Shown here one piece after another: positions 1 through 11,038 of a stretch of DNA of 64,000 nucleotides. Every line of letters begins with the position of its first letter. Position 1 is the first letter of the stretch. The notes beneath the pieces were generated by a model. It did not search any database. It was not told the DNA's origin and saw nothing but the letters and a program-made list of their open reading frames with translations. The position numbers were made by a program, and so were the translations under genes. This DNA comes from Octopus sinensis. Taxonomy: Eukaryota. The stretch lies in the NCBI RefSeq assembly GCF_006345805.1, contig NC_043021.1, forward strand, positions 18,848,001 to 18,912,000, in the 5' to 3' direction.

Positions 1-997
1 GAAGTTTGCTTCTCATCTGCATGGTTCTGGGTTCAGTGTTACTGCAAAGCACCTTGGGCAAGTGTCTTCTACAATAAGCCGAGGCCAACAAAAGCTTTGT
101 GTGTGGATTTGGTAGATGGAAACTGAAAGAAGCCCATTACATATATATATGTGTGTTGTTTGTGTCTTCTTCTCTTGAACTCACATGATAGTTGTAAATG
201 ATTGTCACTGTCATACAAGCGGTGTCATTCATTTCCAATATTCTGTGAGAACACATTTGGCCATGGAGGGAATATTACCTTGCTTGGAAGCAGAAGAGAG
301 GAGGCAACAGGAAGGACATTTGAACATAGAAAATCTGCCTCAAAAAATTCTGTCTGACCCAAAAGAAAACATCATCAAACCAACAGGGAAGATTCTATGA
401 GATTGTTTGATTTGCTAGAAATAGAAGGCAAGTCACCTTTAATCTCTTAGCATTCAGATTATTCTGTCAAATGTAAAGCTTATTTATTCACATTGTTTTG
501 ATTTAACCAAGCATTACCTCGTAGTTTTGAGATATTGATGATGTGATTGTTTATCTTTAGAATGACATTTTAGAGTAGGTGTGACAAGCCAGATCAGGTC
601 AGTTTGAACTTAAAACAGGTTGAATTTTTGGGCTGGATATGACCAAGTTTGAATGCTAAAGGGTTAAATCACATGCTTCAGTCTTAGAAAAGAACAAATC
701 GGTTAAAATGATTTAGGGTGCAGTGTACCTGAGGAAAAAGGGGACAGTTAGAGCTGAAATGTAGTTGATTACAGAGCTGCTCAGTCAGAGCTGACCTAGG
801 GCTAAACTCTAACAATGGTGTCAGTATATGTTTCTTGTATTCTCAACCATGATTGGCTGGGCTTCCTATCCAACACTCTTCATCTCTGTCTGGTATCATC
901 TTGAAATTTTACCTTACCACTTTTTTGATCACCCAGTCCTCATCAACTGCTAATTTCTTTTTACCATCAGTTTGTATTACAACATCATTTTCATATA

Positions 998-1394
998 GGC
1001 GCAGGAGTGGCTGTGTGGTAAGTAGCTTGCTTACCAACCACATGGTTCTGGGTTCAGTCCCACTGCGTGGCACCTTGGGCAGGTGTCTTCTACTATAGCC
1101 TCGGGCCGACCAAAGCCTTGTGAGTGGATTTGGTAGACGGAAACTGAAAGAAGCCCGTCGTATATATGTATATATATATATATATATGTGCGTGTGTTTG
1201 TCCCCCTAGCTTTGCTTGACAACCGATGCTGGTGTGTTTACGTCCCCGTCACTTAGCGGTTCGGCAAAAGAGACCGATAGAATAAGTACTGGGCTTACAA
1301 AGAATAAGTTCTGGGATTGAGTTGCTCGATTAAAGGTGGTGCTCCAGCATGGCCGCAGTCAAATGACTGAAACAAGTAAAAGAGTAAAAGAGTA
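998..1394 (+). mobile_element. SINE family A (tRNA-like head, internal (TA)n/(TG)n, AAAGAGT-repeat tail), full length
   Basis: Head GGCGCAGGAGTGGCTGTGTGGTAAGTAGC...GGTTCAGTCCC (A/B-box-like), core CCTTGGGCAAGTGTCTTC, tail GAAACAAGTAAAAGAGTAAAAGAGTA. Many further full or partial copies in the window. Confidence 0.9.
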
Positions 1395-1920
1395 TATCTT
1401 CATCTAGCACCTTCTCCTATTTGCAGACATGACTTTTTTCATCCATTTCCATATCATGACAATCATCCCTTCTGCACTCCTTTCCACAACACAAATTCTT
1501 CCTTTCTCTCTAATGAAGTGATATGCCTGGAATGTTAGACTCCTCTTCTTTACAACATAACATTTATTCCACTCTTTTAAATCTACTTTGTATTATTATT
1601 AACATTGACCACATTACTAATAATTTCCTCAAAGTCTACTGTTTCGTTGAGTAACTCTGTAATTCTTCCCAAGAACCTGCTTGCCCCTCACTCTTATCTC
1701 CTCACATAAATGCTGCCCTCACATCCCACCTGGGATTTTCTAGTTTCACAAACTGCATGGCAACCTCACTAATGTTGATGACATGGAAAAAGCACCCTGG
1801 ACATGCTGTAAAACGATACGCATTAGTAAGGGCAAGTGTCTTCTACTATAGCTCCAGGTAACTGGATTTGGTAGATGGAAACTGAAAGAAGCCTACCATA
1901 TACATTCATTCATACATACA

Positions 1921-1952
<32 letters not shown>

Positions 1953-2845
1953 AACAAACATGGGTGTGTTTATATATATATATATTATACATGGGTGTGT
2001 TTATATATATATAACCTCGGAACCCTGGTTGAAAAGCACTGATCTAATGTATGCTTTTCCATGCTTGCATGGGTTTGATGGAATTTGTTATGTGCACTTT
2101 CTATGGCCAAATGCCCTTCTTGTCACCAACTCTCACATTTTTCCAAGCAAGGTAATATTTCCCTGTGACGGACATGTTTTCACAGAAGATTGAAATGAAG
2201 GACACTACTTGTATGCTGGTGACATTTGTTTACAACTGTCATGTGACATCAAGAGAAGGGGACACAAACACACCCATGTTTACACACACACACACACACA
2301 TGTATGTATGTATGAGTGTATATAGTAGGCTTCTTTCAGTTTCCATCTACCAAATCCAGTTACAAGGCTTTGGTCAAACCTAGAGCTATAGTAGAAGACA
2401 CTTGCCCAAGATTTCATGTAGTGAGGACTGAACCTGAGACCATGTGGTTGGGAAGTAATTTTCTTATCACACAGCTACACCTGTGCCTAGCCATACCTGG
2501 CGAATTAAATAATTTCTCTCTCTAATTCATTGTTGCATGTTGCAATACGAATCACTCAGTTGCAATGAAGCATGAAATATCTGAACCAACACTTGTTATG
2601 GACACACTTGTTGGACCCAGTAGAGTTGGTGCAGTGGAGACGCTTTTGTTGGCTCAGTAGAGGTAGTTTTATTAGCTGGATATGGGTACATTTGGCCTAG
2701 TAGAGGGACAATTGTTGCTTGGTATGGGCATACCTGTTGGCCCAGTAGGAGCAGTCATGTTGGTTTAGCATGGAGCTCTGTCATCAGCTCAGTATCATTG
2801 ACACCATGCATTTACATATATATATATATATGTGTGTATATATAT

Positions 2846-3128
2846 ATGACCGTGACCAACCAAGCTATCAGATATTGCTACACATCGCTGGTCACAATGC
2901 GCTTCACATTGTTTTAGCCTTCAAATGATGCCACCCCGCTGGCTAAGTGAGCAGACCAACAGAAGAAAGAGTGAGAGAAAGTTGTGGTGAAGGAGTACAA
3001 CAGGGATTGCCTCGTGGAGCTTTAGGTGTTTTCGCTCAATAAACACTCACAACGCCCGGTCTGGGAATCGAAACACGATCCTACAACCGCGAGTCCGCTC
3101 TCCTAACCACAGGGCTATTGCGCCTCCA
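2846..3128 (-). mobile_element. SINE family B (tRNA-like head GGAGGCGCAATGGCCTAGTGGTTAG)
   Basis: Reverse complement of the copies at 9370, 13616 and 26034. Confidence 0.85.
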
Positions 3129-3154
3129 CATATATACATACATATATATATATA

Positions 3155-3355
3155 TAACGGGAAGGTTTACGAAAATAAACAAAAGACGAAGGCAGGTGGA
3201 GTACAAACAAACAAATGTATTAGTATGGCGCTCAGGAATAGAAATAGAACAAGTCTTTTACGTTTCGAGCCTACGCTCTTCGACAGAAAGATACACAGAA
3301 AAGAAACAAGGAGAGAAAAAAATGTGTGTAGGAGCTAACGGTCTATCATGGCGTT
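3155..3355 (-). mobile_element. Penelope-like terminal-repeat fragment carrying a hammerhead motif
   Basis: Near-identical to 25802-26016 (+); contains a minimal type I hammerhead and runs into (TA)n. Confidence 0.65.
3254..3291 (-). ncRNA. Minimal type I hammerhead ribozyme motif, A6U core variant
   Basis: Minus strand TCTTT-CTGTCGA-A-GAGC gtag GCTC-GAAA-CG-TA-AAAGA: 5-bp stem I, 4-bp stem II, palindromic ACGT stem III. Confidence 0.7.
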
Positions 3356-3423
3356 CTTGCTTTCTCTTATACAAGAAAAGCCATTGTTAGAAAGAATTAT
3401 TGAAACAGGTCATTGATAATGCA

Positions 3424-3695
3424 GTGTGAGGCCTTTATATGACTCTTGAGCCGCACCAAAGATTTTCACATTTTATTGCATAATGCACAGTTGTGCTGGC
3501 TGGCAGAAGGAACCGGTACCACAGTATGAAGTCTTTTGACATGCCTTTTTGAATCATCCAAGTGAAAGGCACACCTTTCCACAGGCGCACATGTTCTGGT
3601 GTCAACAATAGCTGTATCATTCTTTACAAAGTCGCTTCTTTTATGGCTGACCAGGCCTGCACGACTCAAAACATTTTCCTTCTACAAATCACGCA
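3424..3695 (-). pseudogene. Degenerate two-C2H2-zinc-finger coding relic
   Basis: CVICRRK/(frameshift)LSRAGLVSHKRS ... HNCALCNKM*KSLVRLKSHIKASH; one frameshift and one TGA at a probable Cys codon. Confidence 0.6.
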
Positions 3696-4499
3696 CACAC
3701 ACTTATATGTGCGTCAGACGTGTCGATCCTTTGTGATAAGCAGTATCCATCAACCGGACATGACCCTTGTTTACATTTCCCAGCACACTTCAACACTTGT
3801 TCCCAACAACCAGCTGCTCTCATCCAATGAGCTCTAAGCACAATAACACAGGTATTTCAACGTTTTTCCTAACACACATACACGCACACACACACACACA
3901 CATGCACACACACGACTTACTTTCTCACACATTTCATACATACACATCATTATTGATATATACATACATATATATATATATTCATATATCACACCACTCC
4001 CCGCTCACTCATTCACACATAGATAATCATGTGCACACACACACACACACACACACATACATACGCACACACATACACACACATACGTACGCACACACAC
4101 ATGCACACACACACACATACGCACACACACACATACATACATACACACACATTCTTTACATTCCTTTATCTTGTGATTGGTGCTTGTAACACTTAACGTG
4201 ACAATCCCATTTATTATGAGTGTTGGTCACTACTGTATTTATGGATCTGGGTTACTAACCATTGTGGAATAACAACAATCCGTTGCCTTTGTCATTTGTT
4301 GTAGATACTCCGAGTGCCTGCATCTGCGCAATTACTTTTCATGAAGCAGGCCTAAGAAATGATTTCTTTTCTTTTATTTCTTTACCTTTCTTTGTCGAGC
4401 CCATCAGTTGTGAATAAATGCAGGATACCCCTGTCCACTCCTCTGGAGCACAGCTGATACAGCTAGCTACCAAGTCTGTTGAAGGTATTACTGTTCGAA

Positions 4500-4985
4500 A
4501 AGGCAGCAAGCTGGCAGAACCGTTAGCACGCCGGGCGAAATGCGTAGCCCTATTTCGTCTACTGTTACGTTCTGAGTTCAAATTCTGCCAAGGTCGACTT
4601 TGCCTTACATCCTTTCGGGGTCGATTAAATATTAAATAAGTACTAGTTACACACTGGGGTCGATATAATCGACTTAATCCATTTGTCTGTCCTTGTTTGT
4701 CCTCTCTGTGCTAGCCCCTTGTGGGTAGTAAAGAAATAGGTATTACTGTTTTAAGGTAGCGAGCTGGCAGAAACGTTAGCACGCCGGCGAAATGCGTAGC
4801 CGTATTTCGTCTACTGTTATGTTCTGAGTTCAAATTCCGCCGAGGTCGACTTTGCTTTTCATCCTTTCGGGGTCGATTAAATAAGTACCAGTTACATACT
4901 GGGGTCGATATAATCGACTTAATCCGTTTGTCTGTCCTTGTTTGTCCTCTCTGTGTTTAGCCCCTTGTGGGTAGTAAAGAAATAG
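4500..4985 (+). mobile_element. Head-to-tail dimer of SINE family C (Deu/Nin-like central domain)
   Basis: Two ~245-bp copies containing GAGGTCGACTTTGCCTTTCATCCTTTCGGGGTCGAT-like sequence, bounded and separated by AGGTATTACTGTT. Confidence 0.85.
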
Positions 4986-5244
4986 GTATTACTGTTTGAA
5001 CTCAAAGAACCCAAACACATACTGCAATGAGGGCAAACATTCCACTGGTCCCCTGCCTGTCACTGTTCTTTCTCTATCAACATCAAAAGGACGAAATGCA
5101 GAGTTGACTTTTGGTGAGATCTAAACTTGCATTGCTGACAGTCATAAGAAATACAAGGCACAGCCAGTATGTCTTTACCCCTTTTTATAAAAAAAATGTA
5201 GGGTGTGATTTTGAGGGGGATTTGGCTGCTATTTTGTAGTAGAC

Positions 5245-5965
5245 CAGTGGCACATAAAAGGGCACCATTTGAGTATGATCGTTACCAGCGTTGCCTTACT
5301 GGCACCTGTGCCCGTGTTATAGTGCCCGATCCGAGCGTGATCATTACCAGAACAACCAACTGGCTTCCGTACCTGTGGCACGTAAAAGGGCACCATTCGA
5401 GCATGATCGTTACCAGCGTCGCCTTACTGGCACTTGTGCCTGTGCTAGTAGGGTGCCAAGAGCACCATCTGAGCGTGATCATTGCCAGAGCAGCCAACTT
5501 GCTTCCGTACCTGTGGCACGTAAAAGGGCACCATTCGAGCATGATCGTTACCAGCGTCGCCTTACTGGCACTTGTGCCTGTGCTAGTAGGGTGCCAAGAG
5601 CACCATCTGAGCGTGATCATTGCCAGAGCAGCCAACTTGCTTCCGTACCTGTGGCACGTAAAAGGGCACCATTCGAGCGTGATCGTTACCAACGTTGCTT
5701 CACTGGCACCTGTGCCGGTGGCATGTGCAAAAAGATTCGAGTGAGGTCATTGCCAGTACCGCCTGACTGGTCCTCGTGCCGGTGGCACGTAAAAAGCACC
5801 CACTACACTCTCGGAGTGGTTGGCATTAGGAAGGGCATCCAGCTGTAGAAACTCTGCCAGATCAAGATTGGAGCCTGGTGCAGCCATCTGGTTCGCCAGC
5901 CCTCAGTCAAAATCGTCAAACCCATGCTAGCATGGAAAGCGGATGTTAAACGATGATAATGATGA
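5245..5965 (+). mobile_element. Family E element: ~138-bp internal tandem units plus (GAT)n-tailed 3' module
   Basis: Unit AAAAGGGCACCATTCGAGC... repeated about 3.5 times, then AGCACCCACTACACTCTCGGAGTGG...CATGGAAAGCGGATGTTAAACGATGAT. Confidence 0.8.
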
Positions 5966-6169
5966 TTAAAAAGCTCCAGCTGCTTGATTGCTATTTTATT
6001 TTATTGATCTCCAGAAACACAAAGTTGACTCCATCTGGATTTGAATAGATTGTTCTACTATTTGTTGAATCGATGGGTGAACCTCTCTGAAGTTGCTTAG
6101 CCTGCTAGAAAAAGCAGCTAATGCGCTCTACCACTTTGAATATCAAGACAGGACACATTCGATGATAAT

Positions 6170-6400
6170 GTAGTTTTCATCTTCATCATCATCATCTGGT
6201 GAAGCTTGCTCAGATATTGTCTTTCAATTGCTAATTTCTTGTCTGTGGATGCTGGCCATATCTTCATCATCATCATCTGGTATAGCTTGCTTGGATAATG
6301 TCTTTCAATTGCTAATTTCTTGTCTGTGGATGCTGGCCGTATCTTCATCATCATCATCATCTGGTAGAGCTTGCTTGGGTAATGTCTTTCAATTGCTAAT
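6170..6400. repeat. ~81-84-bp tandem repeat, about 3 copies, containing (CAT)n
   Basis: GTCTTTCAATTGCTAATTTCT recurs at about 6220, 6300 and 6386. Confidence 0.85.
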
Positions 6401-6709
6401 TTCTCATCTATGGTTGCAGGTCCTATGGACGATTGTAGTGCTGGTCAAACCATGGTTCATAAAAGTATGATTTGTTCTGCAAAGTGGGATGAAATCCAGA
6501 TACAAAGTATTTTATTGTATGCCATGCATTTCATTCCCCACTGCCACCCTGCTTTCCTGGCAGGGTGGGTAACAGGTGCTAGGCCTTGCCAAAGGGCAAC
6601 CTATGATTTTGTATGGAACTGCTTCTTGAGTATTCACAGCTAGCCTGTATAAGCTACAGGTCATTCCCCTATCTGCAAACTGGGGACCCGATGAATGGGA
6701 GTAACCATT

Positions 6710-6943
6710 AAAGACGGCAAGCTGGCAGAATTGTTAGCACACTGGGCGAAATGCTTAGCGATATTTCGTCTGCCGCTACGTTCTGAGTTTAAATTCCACC
6801 GAGGTCGACTTTGCTTTTCATCCTTTCAGGGTCGATTAAATAAGTACCAGTTACGCACTGGGGTTGATATAATCAACTTAATCCATTTGTCTGTCCTTGT
6901 TTGTCCTCTCTGTGTTTAGCCCCTTGTGGGCAGTAAAGAAATA
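6710..6943 (+). mobile_element. SINE family C with 12-bp target-site duplication
   Basis: GGGAGTAACCAT on both sides. Confidence 0.9.
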
Positions 6944-7016
6944 GGGAGTAACCATCACCACACTATGGCAACTGTAGTCTTAGTCTTACTTATCCCTAAT
7001 TAGGTGGTGTAATCAT

Positions 7017-7370
7017 CATCTTCATCATCATCGTTTAACGTCTGTCTTCCATGCTGGCATGGGTTGGACAGTTTGACTGGGGACTGGCAAGCCAGTAGGC
7101 TGCACCAGGCTCGAAACAGATCTGGCGAGGTTTCCACAGCTGGATACCCTTCCTAACGCCAACCATTCCGAGAGTGTAGTGGGTACTTTTTTATGTGCCA
7201 CTAGCACAGAAGCCAGTCAGGTGACACTGGCATCGACCACGTTCGGATGGTGCTTTTTATGTGTCACCAGCACAGGGAGTCAGTCAGATGGTACTGGCAT
7301 CAACCCACACTTGAATGGTGCTTATTACATGCTACCAGAACGGAACCAGTCAGGCGGCACAATATGCAAT
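7017..7370 (-). mobile_element. Family E element
   Basis: (CAT)n followed by the reverse complement of the family E 3' module and degenerate internal units. Confidence 0.75.
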
Positions 7371-7682
7371 GCTATTGAGTAGGGGTCTGGTTCAGCCTGG
7401 GGCTAAACAACAACTTGACTGTTGACTGGTTTAACCCTTCGGTGTTCAGATTACTATATCAGATGTAATGTTTATTTCTTTTATCTTTTACTTGTTTCAG
7501 TCATTAGACTGTGACCATCCTGGGCACTGCTTTGAAGAACTTTTAGTCAAACGAATCAAACCTACTGCTTATTTTTCTTTTTATATCTGGTACTAATTCT
7601 ATCAGTTTTTTTTGCCAAACTGTTTAGTTATGGGGACATAAACACACCAACACCAGTTGTCAAGTGGTGGTTGGGGACAGAC

Positions 7683-7938
7683 TTGTGCCGGTGGCATGTG
7701 TAAAAAGATTCGAGCGAGGTCATTGTCAGTACTGCCTGACTGGCACTGTGCTGGTGGCACATAAAAAGCACCCACTACACTCTCGGAGTGGTTGGCGTTA
7801 GGAAGGGCATCCAGCTGTAGAAACTCTGCCAGATCAAGATTGGAGCCTGGTGCGGCCGTCTGGTTCGCCAGCCCTCAGTCAAAATCGTCCAACCCATGCT
7901 AACATGGAAGGTGGACGTTAAACGATGATGATGATCAT
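7683..7938 (+). mobile_element. Family E element, 3' part
   Basis: Matches 5720-5965. Confidence 0.85.
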
Positions 7939-8399
7939 CATGAAAGGAAAAAAGTAAAGTTGATCACAGTAGGAAATGTGTAACATCCTCCACCCCTCTC
8001 ATTGGTTTTCAACTCATGAATGCCACAAGAAAATGGTCAGTCTGCAACAGCTGGTTGACTGTATATAAAAAAAATCAGATGACTTATTGGATTTCAAGAC
8101 TTCTTTGTTCTAATTGTTGGCTTTTCTGGTAAATGCTGTGTCTAATGTAGAGAGAGTGGGGTTTGATTCCATGTTTAAATGTCATTGTATTTAGCTATAA
8201 GGTACAGGCATGGCTTGTGGTAAGCAGGTTGCTTCCCAACCACGTGGTCCTGGGTTCAGTCCCACTGCGGAGCACCTTGGGCAAAGTGTCTTCTACTGTA
8301 GCCCCAGGCTGACCGAGGCCCTGTGAGTGGATTTGGTGGACAGAAATTGAAAGAAGTTTGTCAGGTGTGTGTGTGTGTGTGTGTCTTTTTTTTTAATTT

Positions 8400-8790
8400 T
8401 TTTTACTTGTTTCAGTCATTTGACTGTGGCCATGCTGGAGCACTGCCTTTAGTCAAGCAAATCAGCCCCAGGACTTATTCTTTGTAAGCCTAGTACTTTT
8501 TCTATCGGTCTCTTTTGCTGAACTGCTAAATTACGGGGGATGTAAACACACCAGCATCGGTTGTCAAGCAATGTTGGGGGTACAAACACAAACACACACA
8601 CACACATATATATATATATACATATATACGACAGGCTTCTTTCAGTTTCCGTCTACCAAATCCGCTCACAAAGCTTTGGTCGGCCCGAGGCTATAGTAGA
8701 AGACACTTGTCCAAAGTGCCACGCAGTGGGACTGAACCCGGAACCATGTGGTTGGTAAGCAAGCTACTTACCACACAGCCGCTCCTGCGC
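8400..8790 (-). mobile_element. SINE family A
   Basis: Reverse complement of 998-1394. Confidence 0.9.
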
Positions 8791-8884
8791 CCATAAAACA
8801 TAAAGACAGACGAAATACCATTAAGCATTTCACCCAGTGCACTAATGTTTCTGGTAAGATATATATATATATATATATATATAC

Positions 8885-9288
8885 ACTTTACTCTTTTACT
8901 TGTTTCAGTCATTTGACTGCGGCCATGCTGGAGCACCGCCTTTAGTCAAGCAAATCGACCCCGGAACTTATTCTTTGTAAGCCCAGTACTTATTCTATCG
9001 GTCTCTTGCCAAACCGCTAAGTGACGGGGACGTAAACACACCAGCATCGGTTGTCAAGCAATGTTAGGGGAACAAACACAGACACACAAACACACACACA
9101 CATACATATATATATATACATATATACGACAGGCTTCTTTCAGTTTCCGTCTACCAAATCCACTCACAAGGCATTGTTGGCCCGGGGCTATAGCAGAAGA
9201 CACTTGCCCAAGATGCCACGCAGTGGGACTGAACCCGGAACCATGTGGTTGGTAAGCAAGCTACTTACCACACAGCGCTCCTGCGCCT
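8885..9288 (-). mobile_element. SINE family A
   Basis: Reverse complement of 998-1394; shares its right flank with the 8400 copy. Confidence 0.9.
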
Positions 9289-9369
9289 ATAAAACTTAAA
9301 GACAGATGAAATACCATTAAGCATTTCACCCAGTGCACTAATGTTTCTACTAAGATATATATATATATG

Positions 9370-9674
9370 TGGAGGCGCAATGGCCTAGTGGTTAGGGCAG
9401 CGGACTCGCGGTCGTAGGATCGCGGTTTTGATTCCCAGACCGGGCGTTGTGAGTGTTTATTGAGCGAAAACACCTAAAACTCCACGAGGCTCTGGCAGGG
9501 GGTGGTGGTGACCCCTGCTGTATACTTTCGCCACAACTTTCTCTCACTCTTTCTTCTGTTGGCCTGCTCGCTTAGCCAGCGGGGTGGTGTCATTTGAAGG
9601 CTAAAACAATGCGAAGCGCATTGTGACCAGCGATGTGTAGCAACATCTGATACCTGGTCGGTCACGTGATCACG

Positions 9675-9680
<6 letters not shown>
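9370..9680 (+). mobile_element. SINE family B
   Basis: tRNA-like head with GGTTTTGATTCCC B-box-like motif; flanked by (TA)n. Confidence 0.9.
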
Positions 9681-9734
<54 letters not shown>

Positions 9735-9921
9735 ATTTAAAACAGCTTGATTCAGATCCATATGACTTAAAGTTTTGCTGAGCTGTAAACATAAATATCC
9801 ACATTATTGAAATCTCAAAGTTATGAAATAACGCATGATTAATTCAAAGCAATGTGAATAAATAAGCATTACACTCTGAATGCGAAAGGGTTAATTGATA
9901 ATGATGATGATGATGATGATG

Positions 9922-10345
9922 ATGGCTCAGTGATTAGAGCATCAAGCTCACAATCAGGAGGTAGTCAGTTCGATTCCCGGACCAGGCTGGTCTTCTATAA
10001 ACAACCTTGCCTGGACTTGTGCCTTGGAGGGGAACTTTCTAGGTGCAATCCCATGGTCATTCATGACGAAAATGGGTCTTTGTGAGTTTGATTCCTGGAC
10101 TGGGCTGCGTGTTGTGTTCTTGAGCAAGACACTTTATTTCATGTTGCTCCAGTTCACTCAGCTGTAGAATGAGTTGCGACATCACAGGTGCCAAGCTGTA
10201 TCGGCCCCTTTGCCTTTCCCTTGGATAACATTGGTGGCGTGGAGAAGGGAGGCTGGTATGCATGGATGACCGCTGGTCTTCCATAAACAACCTTGTCTGG
10301 ACTTGTGCCTTGGAGGGGAACTTTCTAGGTGCAATCTGTACCTGA
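9922..10345 (+). mobile_element. SINE family D, rearranged pair
   Basis: tRNA-like head GGCTCAGTGATTAGAGC...GTTCGATTCCC, core TTCTTGAGCAAGACACTTTATTTCA, 3' module AACAACCTTG...CTAGGTGCAATC present twice. Confidence 0.75.
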
Positions 10346-10962
10346 TGATGGTCATGATGAGAGAAACCTATCAACATGGGCAAGATTAATTAGTGTTAAT
10401 GATCTGACAAAGTAGTTAGGGTGCTTCCACTAAAGAGGGACTTTCTGCTGAGGCAACAAGAGAGTCTCTGCGGAGCCAATAAGGGGACGTCCACTGAGGC
10501 AGAAAGAATATTTCACTGGGGCAGAGGGGGACCTTCTTCTGTGCTAATTAGAAAGCTTTTTACCTTGATTGGAAACTGGTGAGGGTTGACAACAAGAAAT
10601 ACATTCTGGCCCTAGAAAATCCACCTCTGTAAGCTCTGTCTGACCCAGGTATGTATGGAAATGTGGACATTTAAATGATGAGGACAATAATGATGTGTGT
10701 ATGTGTACTGCAAAATAGTGGCTGTTTTTTTTATCTACTAATGGTTTTGTGTGTGTATGTGTGTGTGTGTATGAGAGAGAATGGGAGGCTTGTGTCATAT
10801 CTTAGCCACTGTGATCTCCAAGTGGGCACTTAAAACAATTGGCGGTGACCTCTTATAGAGTAAGCTGTATCGTGACCAAATGTGTGTGTGTGTGTGTGTG
10901 TAAATTTAAACATCTGTTTGTGTGTATACACATTTGTGTTGTAGGTTGTGTATGAGCATATG

Positions 10963-11038
<76 letters not shown>

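Noticed and set aside
4305-4417. Possible exon after TTGTTGTAG, reading ...ITFHEAGLRNDFF..., faintly like the PKC C2 motif VFHDAA
   Set aside because: An in-frame stop precedes any donor site and the similarity is too weak.
9370-9445. tRNA gene
   Set aside because: The tRNA-like head continues into a repeated SINE body and lacks a proper acceptor stem; the same holds for family A and D heads.
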